64,000 bases of DNA from Candidatus Latescibacterota bacterium (GTDB lineage Bacteria > Latescibacterota > UBA2968 > UBA8231): assembly GCA_965248265.1 (NCBI GenBank), contig CBDFJF010000002.1, positions 2,560,001 through 2,624,000 of the forward strand, given 5' to 3'. Under the pieces are notes generated by a model. It made no database searches and was not told where the DNA came from. It was given only the letters and a program-made list of their open reading frames with translations. The translations under genes were made by a program, and so were the position numbers. Shown piece after piece: positions 7,971-17,405 of this stretch; the first letter of the stretch is position 1; each line of letters starts with the position of its first letter.

Positions 7971-9596
7971 CTATTTCGGCTGCATCCAGACTTCCACTTC
8001 GTCGATGACGATCTCCCCGGCGGCCTGAGGGTCCCCGCTTGTCAGCGTAATGCTCAGTCGGTTCTCTCCGTACAGCATCGCCTCGGGGGGAACCGGGTAC
8101 CATCGCACATCGGGTGGTTGGTTGATCATATAAGTGGCATCGGACGAGCCCAGCAACGCCGACGCCATGGTCACGCCATTGAGCTGCACTTCCACTTCGT
8201 CCCGTTCGGTCAGGCTGCCCCGCAACAGCAGTGTGGCCTGGATTACGTGATCCATGTCTTCGTACAGCCGGAACGGGTACACACCCGATGGCTTCGGGTC
8301 GCTGCGATCAAGGACGACCCGAAGCGCCTCGGGCGCTCCGGTCTTCCAGCCATCCGGTCCGGAGTTCGCCTCCCGCTGCCAAGCCACCTGCTTCCACTTG
8401 TTCTCAGCCAGATCTCCCCCGGCCAGTCCCCCCCAGTTTTCCTCTGTGGGGTCGAAGACATAGTGCCGCTCGCCGCTTGCCACCTTCTGCGGGTCGCGCA
8501 GCTCGTGGAATATCTGCAAGGCCTGCGGATAGAACGGGGGAAAGCGCAAGTAGCCGACGTAGTGGTTGTAAATGGAGATCCCGTCGGCGCCTGCTCCATA
8601 GAAGGTATGGGCCAGCGCCCTGCAGTTAGACGGAGTCATCGTACTCTTCATTATCCGCCGTCTGCGGTCACTGATCCACGGGTGCAGTCCCGGATACAGC
8701 ATGCATTGGCTGTCTCGGGTGAGGGCGCCGAATTCCGCGTAGCCGGCGTTGAAGTCGGAGTACATGGTGTTTTCCGGGCAGAGACAATCTATCAGACCCT
8801 CATCGATCCAGGTCGACACATCGAGTCCCTTGTCCAGACACTCATCGAGCGTGGAGAACACGCGGGCCCCCAAGGTCAACCGCCGGCCGTTGCTGCGCTC
8901 GTCCAGCAGGCCGCGCAGGCGCCGGACCAGATCGGTCATCAGGTGGGCGCGCTGCCTCCCCTCGGGAATCGGGAAGTAGGCCGGCTCCCGGAAGGTCAGT
9001 TCCATGCCATCGATGTCGAAGCGGTTTAGTAGCTCCTCTGCTACTTCGATGACGAGCTCGCGCACTCCGTCGAAGGTGTAGTCGAGGATCCGTCCCTCAT
9101 ACAGATCCCGGTTGGGCCCGGGCTCACGCGTATCCGGCAGCCACCACTCCGGGTGTGAATCGACGAACTCGGCGCGGTCGGGGAAGTGAGCAAGTCCGTG
9201 GTTGTCGTTCATGCGAAACCCGGCCACGAATGCCATGCCGCGTTCGTGACTCTGGTCGAGAAGCACCTGCAGGGGTTGGATGCCCGCATCCAGCATGGGC
9301 AGAAACCGCTTGTGCTGCCGTCGCGGGTCGTACTGAAACTGGTCTGACCGCCAGTAGACCGTGCACCCCTTGTGATAGGCATCCTGCTGGAAGACGTCGA
9401 CGCCACTGTCGGCGACCATATCCACCCACCGCCGAAGTTCGTCAGCCTCTGCCGGGTCGGACAGCAACCCGACGGCGATGCTGGACGGATCGCTCACAAA
9501 GTGGATACGCTGGGTGCCGCGTGGAGCGATCGGCACCTCGGCCTCGCCTGGCCTGTCTTGAGACGGATTCACGGAGCTCCTCCCTTTCGTATTCAT
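7971..9596 (-). CDS. Glycosyl hydrolase-like 10 (GHL10/DUF187-type) TIM-barrel protein
   Basis: GFRMNDNH, HPEW, LDYTFDGVR, DIDGMELTFR, GADGISIYN. Confidence 0.65.
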   Translation of the reverse strand: MNTKGRSSVNPSQDRPGEAEVPIAPRGTQRIHFVSDPSSIAVGLLSDPAEADELRRWVDMVADSGVDVFQQDAYHKGCTVYWRSDQFQYDPRRQHKRFLPMLDAGIQPLQVLLDQSHERGMAFVAGFRMNDNHGLAHFPDRAEFVDSHPEWWLPDTREPGPNRDLYEGRILDYTFDGVRELVIEVAEELLNRFDIDGMELTFREPAYFPIPEGRQRAHLMTDLVRRLRGLLDERSNGRRLTLGARVFSTLDECLDKGLDVSTWIDEGLIDCLCPENTMYSDFNAGYAEFGALTRDSQCMLYPGLHPWISDRRRRIMKSTMTPSNCRALAHTFYGAGADGISIYNHYVGYLRFPPFYPQALQIFHELRDPQKVASGERHYVFDPTEENWGGLAGGDLAENKWKQVAWQREANSGPDGWKTGAPEALRVVLDRSDPKPSGVYPFRLYEDMDHVIQATLLLRGSLTERDEVEVQLNGVTMASALLGSSDATYMINQPPDVRWYPVPPEAMLYGENRLSITLTSGDPQAAGEIVIDEVEVWMQPK

Positions 9597-9659
9597 GTGC
9601 GCCTACCCACCGGGCCTGAACGGCTGGCACCGATGCACACAGATGCGGCGCTTTGGCTT

Positions 9660-11195
9660 TCACCGTTGGAACATCAAATCCAGATTCTTCGATATGTACG
9701 TCAGAATGACCCCGCGACGCGGCTTCTCGTTCATCCACGGATAGGCGCCGTGCGTCTGTGCCGCCCCCATGAACAGAAGCACGTCTCCCGTCTCCATCTC
9801 TACGTGCCTCACCTCATCCATCTCCTCCTCGCACAGAGCCAGACGTTCCGGAATCGGATGGTTGGCCTTGTGACTCCCCGGGATGCAGACATAACCGCCG
9901 TCTCCGGCTTTGACGTCGCACAGCTGCCATGTCGCGTTCACCTGCTCGCTGTAGCATCGGCCGTTCTGCAGTGCATACCGATTCCGGGGCGTTGCAGGTT
10001 CGGGCGTACTGTGAAGGAAAAGCCCTGACGTGCCCCTGTCGTAATGAATGCCTCGAGCCCGTCGCAAGTAATACCCGCTGCCCATCATCCAATTGAGCCG
10101 TTGAATCACCGCCGGATGCGCGATCATCTCGCGGAACGGATCGCAGTAGGGATGTGGTAGATCGAACAAGCCGTGGAGCGACGGCAGCGGTGTCCCGGCC
10201 AGACGCTTGGATCCGCGGGTCGCGTCGTTTTCATACTCCAGCCGATCCGAGAACCGGTCGATCGCCTCGTTCGCGGCCGTCACCCACGACTCGTCCATCA
10301 GGCCGCGAAGGACGAGATAGCCGCACAGGTCCCAGAAGTAGAGCTCCTTCTCGTCGATTTCCGAATCGGGATCGCGGACATGGATTGATGGATGAAAGCC
10401 TTCCGCATCTTCTTCAATCGAGGTAGCCTTTCCATCCGATTTCACCACGGACCTGTTCGTGTCGATCGACAGAACAACACGCTGTTCGGGCGTCATCTCA
10501 TCCACCCACGTCGCCTTCTCTCCCTCCTCGATCGCGTTATCCGATCGTCGCACCAATCCGCCGATGTAGCCGTAGCTCAGAAGACGCTTCGGTTCCGCTT
10601 TCCACGGTCGCACGCCGTGAAGCAGGGTCTGGGCACACAGAAGCAGATCCCCCGCCCCGAGCGCCGGTTGTTCGACCAGCCCCATGTCGTCCGATCCGTC
10701 GCGAATATCGGCCGGCACGATGAGGTCGGACCGATGGCTACCCGGAATCAGGACGAATCCTCCGTCTCCTTCATTCACGTCCGACAGCGCCCAGATCACT
10801 AGAACGCCGTGGAGATATCGGGTTTTGTTGACGTGCTGGTATGCCCTTGACCAGTTTCGCGGCTCGTTCCCCCCGACCAGAGGTCGACACGCTACTTCCG
10901 GTCGCTGTTCAATCAGCCGAGGCGGCGCATCCAGTCTGACGTCGCCCCAACACAGCTGATCGAGAATCTGCGTCAGGGCTGGATGATCCCGAAGCTTGAC
11001 GAACGGATCGCGCCATGGTTCCTCCCATTCCAGCATCCCCACAGTTTCGGCCGTTTCGTCCAGTGCGCGGTTACAGGCGCCGACCTCTTCGGCGTTCAGC
11101 ACGTTTCGCACGATCAGGTAGCCTGCGACGTCGAGGCGATAGTCGTCTTCGTGGCTCATTGATTTCGAATCGATGGTCATCTCGCGGAACTGCAT
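9660..11195 (-). CDS. Tandem two-domain phytanoyl-CoA dioxygenase (PhyH) family protein
   Basis: Two repeats of GYL(I/V), GG(F/Y)VxIPGSH, GDxLL, HG..PW. Confidence 0.85.
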   Translation of the reverse strand: MQFREMTIDSKSMSHEDDYRLDVAGYLIVRNVLNAEEVGACNRALDETAETVGMLEWEEPWRDPFVKLRDHPALTQILDQLCWGDVRLDAPPRLIEQRPEVACRPLVGGNEPRNWSRAYQHVNKTRYLHGVLVIWALSDVNEGDGGFVLIPGSHRSDLIVPADIRDGSDDMGLVEQPALGAGDLLLCAQTLLHGVRPWKAEPKRLLSYGYIGGLVRRSDNAIEEGEKATWVDEMTPEQRVVLSIDTNRSVVKSDGKATSIEEDAEGFHPSIHVRDPDSEIDEKELYFWDLCGYLVLRGLMDESWVTAANEAIDRFSDRLEYENDATRGSKRLAGTPLPSLHGLFDLPHPYCDPFREMIAHPAVIQRLNWMMGSGYYLRRARGIHYDRGTSGLFLHSTPEPATPRNRYALQNGRCYSEQVNATWQLCDVKAGDGGYVCIPGSHKANHPIPERLALCEEEMDEVRHVEMETGDVLLFMGAAQTHGAYPWMNEKPRRGVILTYISKNLDLMFQR

Positions 11196-12248
11196 CAGCC
11201 AGGCGGGCCTCCCGCGTGATAGACGACATCATCTCCGAACCGCTTTCTTCCCTTTGCTGCGGGCCCGACGATATCCAGTTGCCCCCTGCCCATTACGGCT
11301 TCGCGAGATCCATCCCGCATAGGGTCTGCGTACCGCACGAACCAGGTTTCCAGATCCTCCTTCAGCCGTTCAACCACAAGCTGGTGTTTTGACTGATCGA
11401 TGAGATTCTCCCGTTCATCAAGATCATGCACCAGATCGTAGAGTTCATGCGGGCCGTATGGATACCGATGGATATATTTCCAGGCGGCCGATCGAACCAT
11501 ACGCGTTGGCCCGTATTCGTCAAATACGACCACAGAATCATGGCCCTCCGAATCCCGTCCCTGCAGCAAGGGTGCGAAACTCCGTCCGGGAAGCGAATCA
11601 GCCTGAGAGTGCGCGATATCCAAGTAGTCGAGCAAGGTAGGCATGATGTCGTAAGGCTGTAAAGCGACTGGATGACCCGCCGCTGAGGTACATGCTCCGG
11701 ATGGGAGATCAGTGTGGGCACTTTCACAGAGGTATCAAACATGTTGGGCGGGAACGTGCCATTGCCTTTTCCGTAGATGCCGTGCTCTGGTAGGCCTTGC
11801 CATCCCGAATCATCGGCGCCTTGTAGTACGGTCCGCCACCGTTTGCGTGAACGTCCCAGAATGTGAAACCCTTTTGCGGTTTCTCCGAATAGCCTAAATG
11901 CCACTTTCCACTCAAGCCGCACACATAGCCTTGTTCGGCCAATAGATCAGTATAGGCGGTTTGACCATGCAGGTACTCGATGCCAGAATCACCCGGTCCG
12001 TAAACGCCTGAGTTACCGGCACGCAAGAAATCCTGAACCCCGTGCTGAGATGGAATGCGCCCGGTCAAAATAGAAGCACGAGCTGGCGAGCAAACCGGCG
12101 AGGCACAGAAAAAATGCTCGAAACGTAAACCAGTCGCCGCCAGCCGATCGAGGTTAGGCGTGTGAATTTCTGCATTCCCCGCACAACCCATTGCCCAATA
12201 GCCCTGGTCGTCGGTCAGAATGAAAAGAAGATTGGGTGTTCGTGACAT
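11195..12248 (-). pseudogene. Sulfatase (FGly type) pseudogene with internal deletion and frameshift
   Basis: PNLLFILTDDQG, CSPAR, GKWHLG in the first frame; jumps at ~11787 directly to HGIYGKGNGTFP in another frame; second shift at ~11655 to YDIMPTLLD...ELYDL. Confidence 0.85.
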
Positions 12249-12254
12249 GAAGTT

Positions 12255-13814
12255 TTACATGTACTTCACATGCACGTCTACGTGGTCGATGGTCAGGGGG
12301 ACGCTGATTCGACGATCTCGATTGATCAGGACGACCTTGACGATGTGCAACCCCTTGGCGAGCTGATCGGGTTCCAGGCCCCAGACCAGCCACTTGTTCT
12401 CCGACACCCTTGGGGGGGCATCGTCGTTTTCGGCCACGTCGACGATGGCCGGGGGGGCGAGGGCGTGGCCGTCGAGGCTGACCTCAACTTCGTCCTGTGG
12501 TGCCCAATGTGCGATCTCGATGTGGAGTTGCAGCGCCGTGACGTCAGCTGCTAGTGCTACCACGTCGTCGTGCATGGAAAGCTTGAAGGTCGGACCATCC
12601 CCGGTGAGGGTCGGCATAAGCACCGCTGCCGTTTCACCGTAGATGCGATCGTTCACGGCGTTCGGCCCGACACCGTCGACGTAGGTCGGACCACGACGCA
12701 GCACCGAGTACAGTTTGTCCTTTTTTTCCAGCGTTTCCAGCGTTCCCATGCTCTTGAGCAGGGGGCTCCAGTCATCCTTCTTCGGGAACCAGTTGAAGCA
12801 GTAGACTCCATCCCCGCCCTGGTCGAGGTAGCTGGCGGCGGTGGCTCTGAAGAAACCGTCCCGCCACTGGGTGTAGGTGATCAACCGGGCACCATCCTGC
12901 CGGTAGGTGCTGTCGAAACCACCATACAGTCGGATGCCGGTGCCATCCGTGTGTCGCTTGAACTCGCTCACCTCGAAGCCCGGATCGGTGGCTGAGCCGC
13001 CGGCGCCGATGATGATGTCACACAGGCCATCCACCGTCCATTGCGGAATGTCATAGCCGATGCGCCGGCACGATTCCAACGTCGTGGCCACGCGCACGGC
13101 GACATGGAAGGGGCGGCCCTTTTCGGTGGCGATGTCGTCGGCCATCTGCCGGAGGGCACGCTGCAGATCGGTGAGGGTGTAGCGCAATCGGTAGGCATCG
13201 AATTGGGGCAGGTGATGGGGGTGCCGCTGCCAATCGATCTCGACGCCATCCCAGTCAGCCTGGTCGCAGGCCTCGCGGATATAGGAGAGCTTGTGCTCGC
13301 GGACTCCCACGTTGGCCATGTTCCATGAGCCTACACCTCGTTGCTCGGGCACATCATCGACATCCAGGAGCCATTCGGGATGGTCCTGCCGCAGCCTGGT
13401 GCCTTTGTTGAGCTTCTTGAACTCGTGTGGGCGGGTGTTGTAGAAGTGGTTGTCATTCATCCGCATCGAGACGTACACGTGCATACCGAGCTCGTGTCCG
13501 CGCTCGACCATGCCCTGATACGGATTTTCTCCCTTTTCGAAGAGGTTCCACACATTCTCGTCGTGGCGCATGGCGCGGATTGAATTGTAAGTCCGGCCGC
13601 TGCTTTCCCCGGCGCGCTCGTTGTTCTGGGCGGGAAACAGCGCTGCGTGACTGCCGATGCTCCAGAACATGGCGTCGACCTGGGTGCCTTCGAGCGAGGC
13701 GAAGGTCTCGTCGACGATCTGCTCCGTTGACTGCGGATGCTCGCCGTAGGCCAGGCTGTCACCGTCCCAGTTGAAGATGATCCTGTACCGTGGTGGCTGT
13801 GTTCTCTTGTTCAT
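12255..13814 (-). CDS. Glycosyl hydrolase-like 10 (GHL10-type) TIM-barrel protein
   Basis: IIFNWDGD, VSMRMNDNH, HPEW, WDGVEIDWQR, GGDGVYCFNW; paralog of 7971..9596. Confidence 0.65.
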   Translation of the reverse strand: MNKRTQPPRYRIIFNWDGDSLAYGEHPQSTEQIVDETFASLEGTQVDAMFWSIGSHAALFPAQNNERAGESSGRTYNSIRAMRHDENVWNLFEKGENPYQGMVERGHELGMHVYVSMRMNDNHFYNTRPHEFKKLNKGTRLRQDHPEWLLDVDDVPEQRGVGSWNMANVGVREHKLSYIREACDQADWDGVEIDWQRHPHHLPQFDAYRLRYTLTDLQRALRQMADDIATEKGRPFHVAVRVATTLESCRRIGYDIPQWTVDGLCDIIIGAGGSATDPGFEVSEFKRHTDGTGIRLYGGFDSTYRQDGARLITYTQWRDGFFRATAASYLDQGGDGVYCFNWFPKKDDWSPLLKSMGTLETLEKKDKLYSVLRRGPTYVDGVGPNAVNDRIYGETAAVLMPTLTGDGPTFKLSMHDDVVALAADVTALQLHIEIAHWAPQDEVEVSLDGHALAPPAIVDVAENDDAPPRVSENKWLVWGLEPDQLAKGLHIVKVVLINRDRRISVPLTIDHVDVHVKYM

Positions 13815-15070
13815 GAAGCCTGGCCCTCCCAGACCGGTGGTTTGTCGAAATAGCTTTGATCACCGAAATAGCAATGCATGCCATACATGTCTTTGCTGCC
13901 CTGCTCCCAGACAATGCCGGCTTCGGCATACGCCGTACCGGCCCCGTGAGATGGCGGGCTGTACTCTGGATGACTCAACTGGTCCGCCCGGTACCAGACC
14001 GCGCGATTTTCAAGCGAGCGGGCCCGGCGTTCGCCGTCGGGCACCCAGTGAACGACGCGTTTGTTCTCCAGTTGCTTGTCTACGCCGGGGCCGTGCTCGG
14101 TTACGGCGTGAAGCTCGGCAGGTGTGAGCTGCTGCAACTCTTTCGTTGACAGTGGTACTCCGTCGCGGATGAACATGGCATCGAAGTTGGGATCGACCAT
14201 CGCCCACTTCTCGTGCTCCTGCGACCACCATTCCGCGGTGAAATGACCATCGGACTTGCCCAGCTTGCCGGCCCAGATGGCACAGCGGCCGGGGATGCCG
14301 ATGGCCTGGACGGCGTTGGCGAAACTGACGCCGAAAAAGATGCAGTTTGCGATCGGACGCAGGCCGTTGTGGCCGATTTGATCAGGCGCCCAGGCCAGAA
14401 TGGTTTCGGGATCCCAGGGAGTGCAGACGACACCCAGGTCAGGCCCCCAGGGGGTGTGTTCCCAACTGGAGCCGAGCCAGGTGGAAATGGCGCGCACACG
14501 CTGCAGAGTCGGTAGCGACTCATCAAGCGCCTGTGCCGGCAGGATCTCTCGTAATGATGCCAACCTCGGGTGCTCGGGATCATTGAAGACCATCTGCGGT
14601 GGGGCCGGATCCACGCCCTCGGCCAGCCTGACGCGCACGACGTACTCGCCTCTGAACGTATTGAGGTAGCCCATGTGGTCGTTGCGCCAGGTGGTGCCGG
14701 CGTCATCGGTGATGAAGCTGCGCGGATCGGCGTGGCCAGGCTCGATCGCCAGTGACCAGGCGTTCATCGGTTTGGCGTCGCACCACAAATCGATGGTGTT
14801 TTCACCCCCGATGAATAGGCCCGGCTCTATATCAACTGTATACCACCAGTGAAGAGGCAATTCGGGTGATACCGGGGCGATCTCTTTACCATTTACGGAG
14901 ATGCGCAGGGGGAGCACGGAATCGGGCCAGGCCCGGGCCATGAAGTACAGCTTGGCGGCGGAAGTGGTGGCCTCGAGGTGGAGGGATTTGCGCGCGCGCC
15001 GGAAGGTCGTCAACTCCTCGGCGAGCGTGGGAATGACGTGACCGCTCTCAGTGTGGTACAGCTTGCTCAT
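13811..15070 (-). CDS. Transglutaminase-like (Cys-His-Asp) domain protein with N-terminal beta domain
   Basis: ANCIFF...AIGIPGR...GHFTAEWW...KWAMVDP; start MSKLY at 15070 with GGAG RBS. Confidence 0.75.
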   Translation of the reverse strand: MSKLYHTESGHVIPTLAEELTTFRRARKSLHLEATTSAAKLYFMARAWPDSVLPLRISVNGKEIAPVSPELPLHWWYTVDIEPGLFIGGENTIDLWCDAKPMNAWSLAIEPGHADPRSFITDDAGTTWRNDHMGYLNTFRGEYVVRVRLAEGVDPAPPQMVFNDPEHPRLASLREILPAQALDESLPTLQRVRAISTWLGSSWEHTPWGPDLGVVCTPWDPETILAWAPDQIGHNGLRPIANCIFFGVSFANAVQAIGIPGRCAIWAGKLGKSDGHFTAEWWSQEHEKWAMVDPNFDAMFIRDGVPLSTKELQQLTPAELHAVTEHGPGVDKQLENKRVVHWVPDGERRARSLENRAVWYRADQLSHPEYSPPSHGAGTAYAEAGIVWEQGSKDMYGMHCYFGDQSYFDKPPVWEGQAS

Positions 15071-15241
15071 GGTAGCTCCAGGTAACTGCGAGTTGTGAAC
15101 GATATCGTCAGTGTTCCCGATTGTCAAAGAGTGACTCCCTGCGATCTCCGGTCCAGCAGCTTCCAAGGGCACCGGTAGGCGGCGCAGCGGGACAGGAAGG
15201 GAATGCCGGCAGATCGACCAGTGGTGCAGGCAGGGTTCGGC

Positions 15242-15364
15242 TCGAAGGTCCGATATTCCCGAGAGAAAGCCTGCCGGCTTCTCGGCTACGAGCCCGAGGT
15301 CGAGTTCGCCGAGGAGATGAAGTTGACCGAAGCGTGGGCGCGGGCGTCAGGGCTCTTGCCCTGA
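15242..15364 (+). pseudogene. C-terminal remnant of an NAD-dependent epimerase/dehydratase
   Basis: Reads SKVRYSREKACRLLGYEPEVEFAEEMKLTEAWARASGLLP-stop, a typical extended-SDR C-terminus, with no N-terminus. Confidence 0.6.
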
Positions 15365-15457
15365 TCGGCCGGTGTGATGGCCAGATCTTGACCATGGTCT
15401 AACTCTGGTCTTACTCTGGATTTTTTGGACTTGCCCAGTAGAGCAGGACTCAATCCG

Positions 15458-16516
15458 ATGAATCATTCACCGCCGTATCCCGAGGGTATCAAGATCGGGA
15501 ATTTCTTCCCGCCCGAGCACTGCGGCGCTTCCGGGGGGTTGCTGTCTCTTACTACCGACGAGGAAGGGGCCGCTGAGGATTGGGCGTTCCTCCGTCACAC
15601 CGGTGTCGAGTACCTCTCCACATGGACGACCATCGACGGCTCCAGCTACGAGGCCATGCTACGGCACCGCCAGCAGGTGGAGGCCCAGGGCATCAAGGTC
15701 TACAACATCGGTATCCTTGATCTACACTGCGACCCGACGATCGTGCTCGGGCTCAGAGGAGTTGACGAGAAGATCGACCAGTACCAGCAATACCTGCGAA
15801 ATCTGGGCAAGGCCGGCATCCCCTATACCACCTACGCCCACATGGCGAATCTCAAAAACCAGGCCATCCCGGGTTATTATCAGACAGCCAACGTGCGTGA
15901 CCGGGGTGGGGCAACGACGCGCGAGTTCGACCTCGACGTTGCCAACCAGCTGCCGCTCTCGCAGGACAGGGATTACCCAGAAGATCACATCTGGGGCACT
16001 TTTACCGACTTCATTCGCGCTGTGATGCCGGTGGCCGAGGAAGCGGGTGTCCGCATCGGCCTGCACCCCGACGATCCACCGGTCGCCTCGCTGGGGGGCA
16101 TTGCGCGTTGCTTCCGTAATTTCCAGGCCTTCGAGCGGGCCATGGAGATTGCCGACAGCGATAACTTCGGTCTCTGCTTCTGTGCCGGAACCTGGGCAGA
16201 GGGCGGCCCGATGATGGGGAAAGACGCGTTGGAAATGATCCGACACTACGGATTCCACAAGAAGATCTTCAAAGTGCATTTCCGCAATGTTGACCGCCCC
16301 TTACCGAAGTTTCAGGAGACCTTCATCGACAACGGATATCTCGACGCGTACCAGGTGATGCGGGCGCTTCGGGAAGTCGAATTTGATGGTATAATTGTCC
16401 CCGATCACGTCCCTGCCGGGGGCTATCCACAGGTGAACAACGCGTACACGATCGGTTATATGAAAGCCCTTCGCGATCGCGTCAATGAAGAGTTTGGGGA
16501 GGTGGGACCGCGATGA
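15458..16516 (+). CDS. uxuA: Mannonate dehydratase family protein
   Basis: LRNLGKAGIP, VMPVAEEAGVRIGLHPDDPP, VHFRNV, ETFIDNG, PDHVP, YTIGYMKAL. Confidence 0.8.
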   Translation: MNHSPPYPEGIKIGNFFPPEHCGASGGLLSLTTDEEGAAEDWAFLRHTGVEYLSTWTTIDGSSYEAMLRHRQQVEAQGIKVYNIGILDLHCDPTIVLGLRGVDEKIDQYQQYLRNLGKAGIPYTTYAHMANLKNQAIPGYYQTANVRDRGGATTREFDLDVANQLPLSQDRDYPEDHIWGTFTDFIRAVMPVAEEAGVRIGLHPDDPPVASLGGIARCFRNFQAFERAMEIADSDNFGLCFCAGTWAEGGPMMGKDALEMIRHYGFHKKIFKVHFRNVDRPLPKFQETFIDNGYLDAYQVMRALREVEFDGIIVPDHVPAGGYPQVNNAYTIGYMKALRDRVNEEFGEVGPR

Positions 16517-17352
16517 ATGACGTGGAGAAGTACGAATTCGACCGTCTGGGTTACCTGGTGATTCCCAACCTGCTCTCACCGGAGCAGGTGGCTTCACTGG
16601 TGCCTGTCGTCGACGGGGTGGAGGAGCATGCCGTCGAGCACGTCGACGAGCCCCCACGCAAGAGAAGCGGCTGGGGCATGGACACCCATAGCAATCCCGA
16701 GCGCGGCTACCACGTGTACGGAGCAAGGGGAGACAGCAAGACGATCGTCATCGAGGATTTCTGGAACGCGGACCCGGCATTCGATTTCCTCATGGATTGG
16801 CCTCGCACGATGGAATACGTCAACGCCGTGATACGCGGCCGGCCGACGATCAACAACTCTGAGATCCGCATTCGCTACAAGGGGAATCAATCGCCCAGTC
16901 ATGGCGGCGGCGGCAGACCGGTGAATCACAAATACCGCTACAATGCCGACGATCAGGGTATCGACTGCATGATGGTGCGGATGGTGTATTTCATCCACGA
17001 TGTGAGTGACGAACAGGGCGCATTCAGCGTCGTTCCGGGAGCACACAAGTCCAGCTTCCCAACTCCGTATGAAGCGAATCCGGACACCATGCCGGGCATG
17101 ATCGGTCTGCAGGTGAACGCCGGGGATGGCATCTTCTTCACCGAGGCCCTGACCCACGGGGGCCTGACCAACCACTCCGAGCAGGTGCGCAAAACGCTGC
17201 ACGTGGGATACGGGCCGAACTGGATGCTGTCGCAGAACATCGCGACCATGGATGAGCCGCAACATCTGACCGAACAAACCCGGACCCGACTCAGCGAAGA
17301 GCGCCGGGATCTGTTTCGTAGCTGGCCCGAGAATCCCAAACCACGCGGTTAG
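16513..17352 (+). CDS. PhyH-family Fe/2OG oxygenase with HGG in place of HxD
   Basis: FDRLGYLVI, SHGGG, FSVVPGAHKS, AGDGIFFTEALTHG, RKTL. Confidence 0.85.
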   Translation: MNDVEKYEFDRLGYLVIPNLLSPEQVASLVPVVDGVEEHAVEHVDEPPRKRSGWGMDTHSNPERGYHVYGARGDSKTIVIEDFWNADPAFDFLMDWPRTMEYVNAVIRGRPTINNSEIRIRYKGNQSPSHGGGGRPVNHKYRYNADDQGIDCMMVRMVYFIHDVSDEQGAFSVVPGAHKSSFPTPYEANPDTMPGMIGLQVNAGDGIFFTEALTHGGLTNHSEQVRKTLHVGYGPNWMLSQNIATMDEPQHLTEQTRTRLSEERRDLFRSWPENPKPRG

Positions 17353-17405
17353 GGATGTGTCCAGCGAGTGATTAGCTTTGGCGGCGTGAAGGCACTGAGA
17401 ATACA

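Noticed and set aside
3031-9029. Long plus-strand ORFs 3031..4029, 3741..4772, 4667..6130 and 7812..9029
   Set aside because: Stop-poor antisense frames of well-supported minus-strand genes in GC-rich DNA
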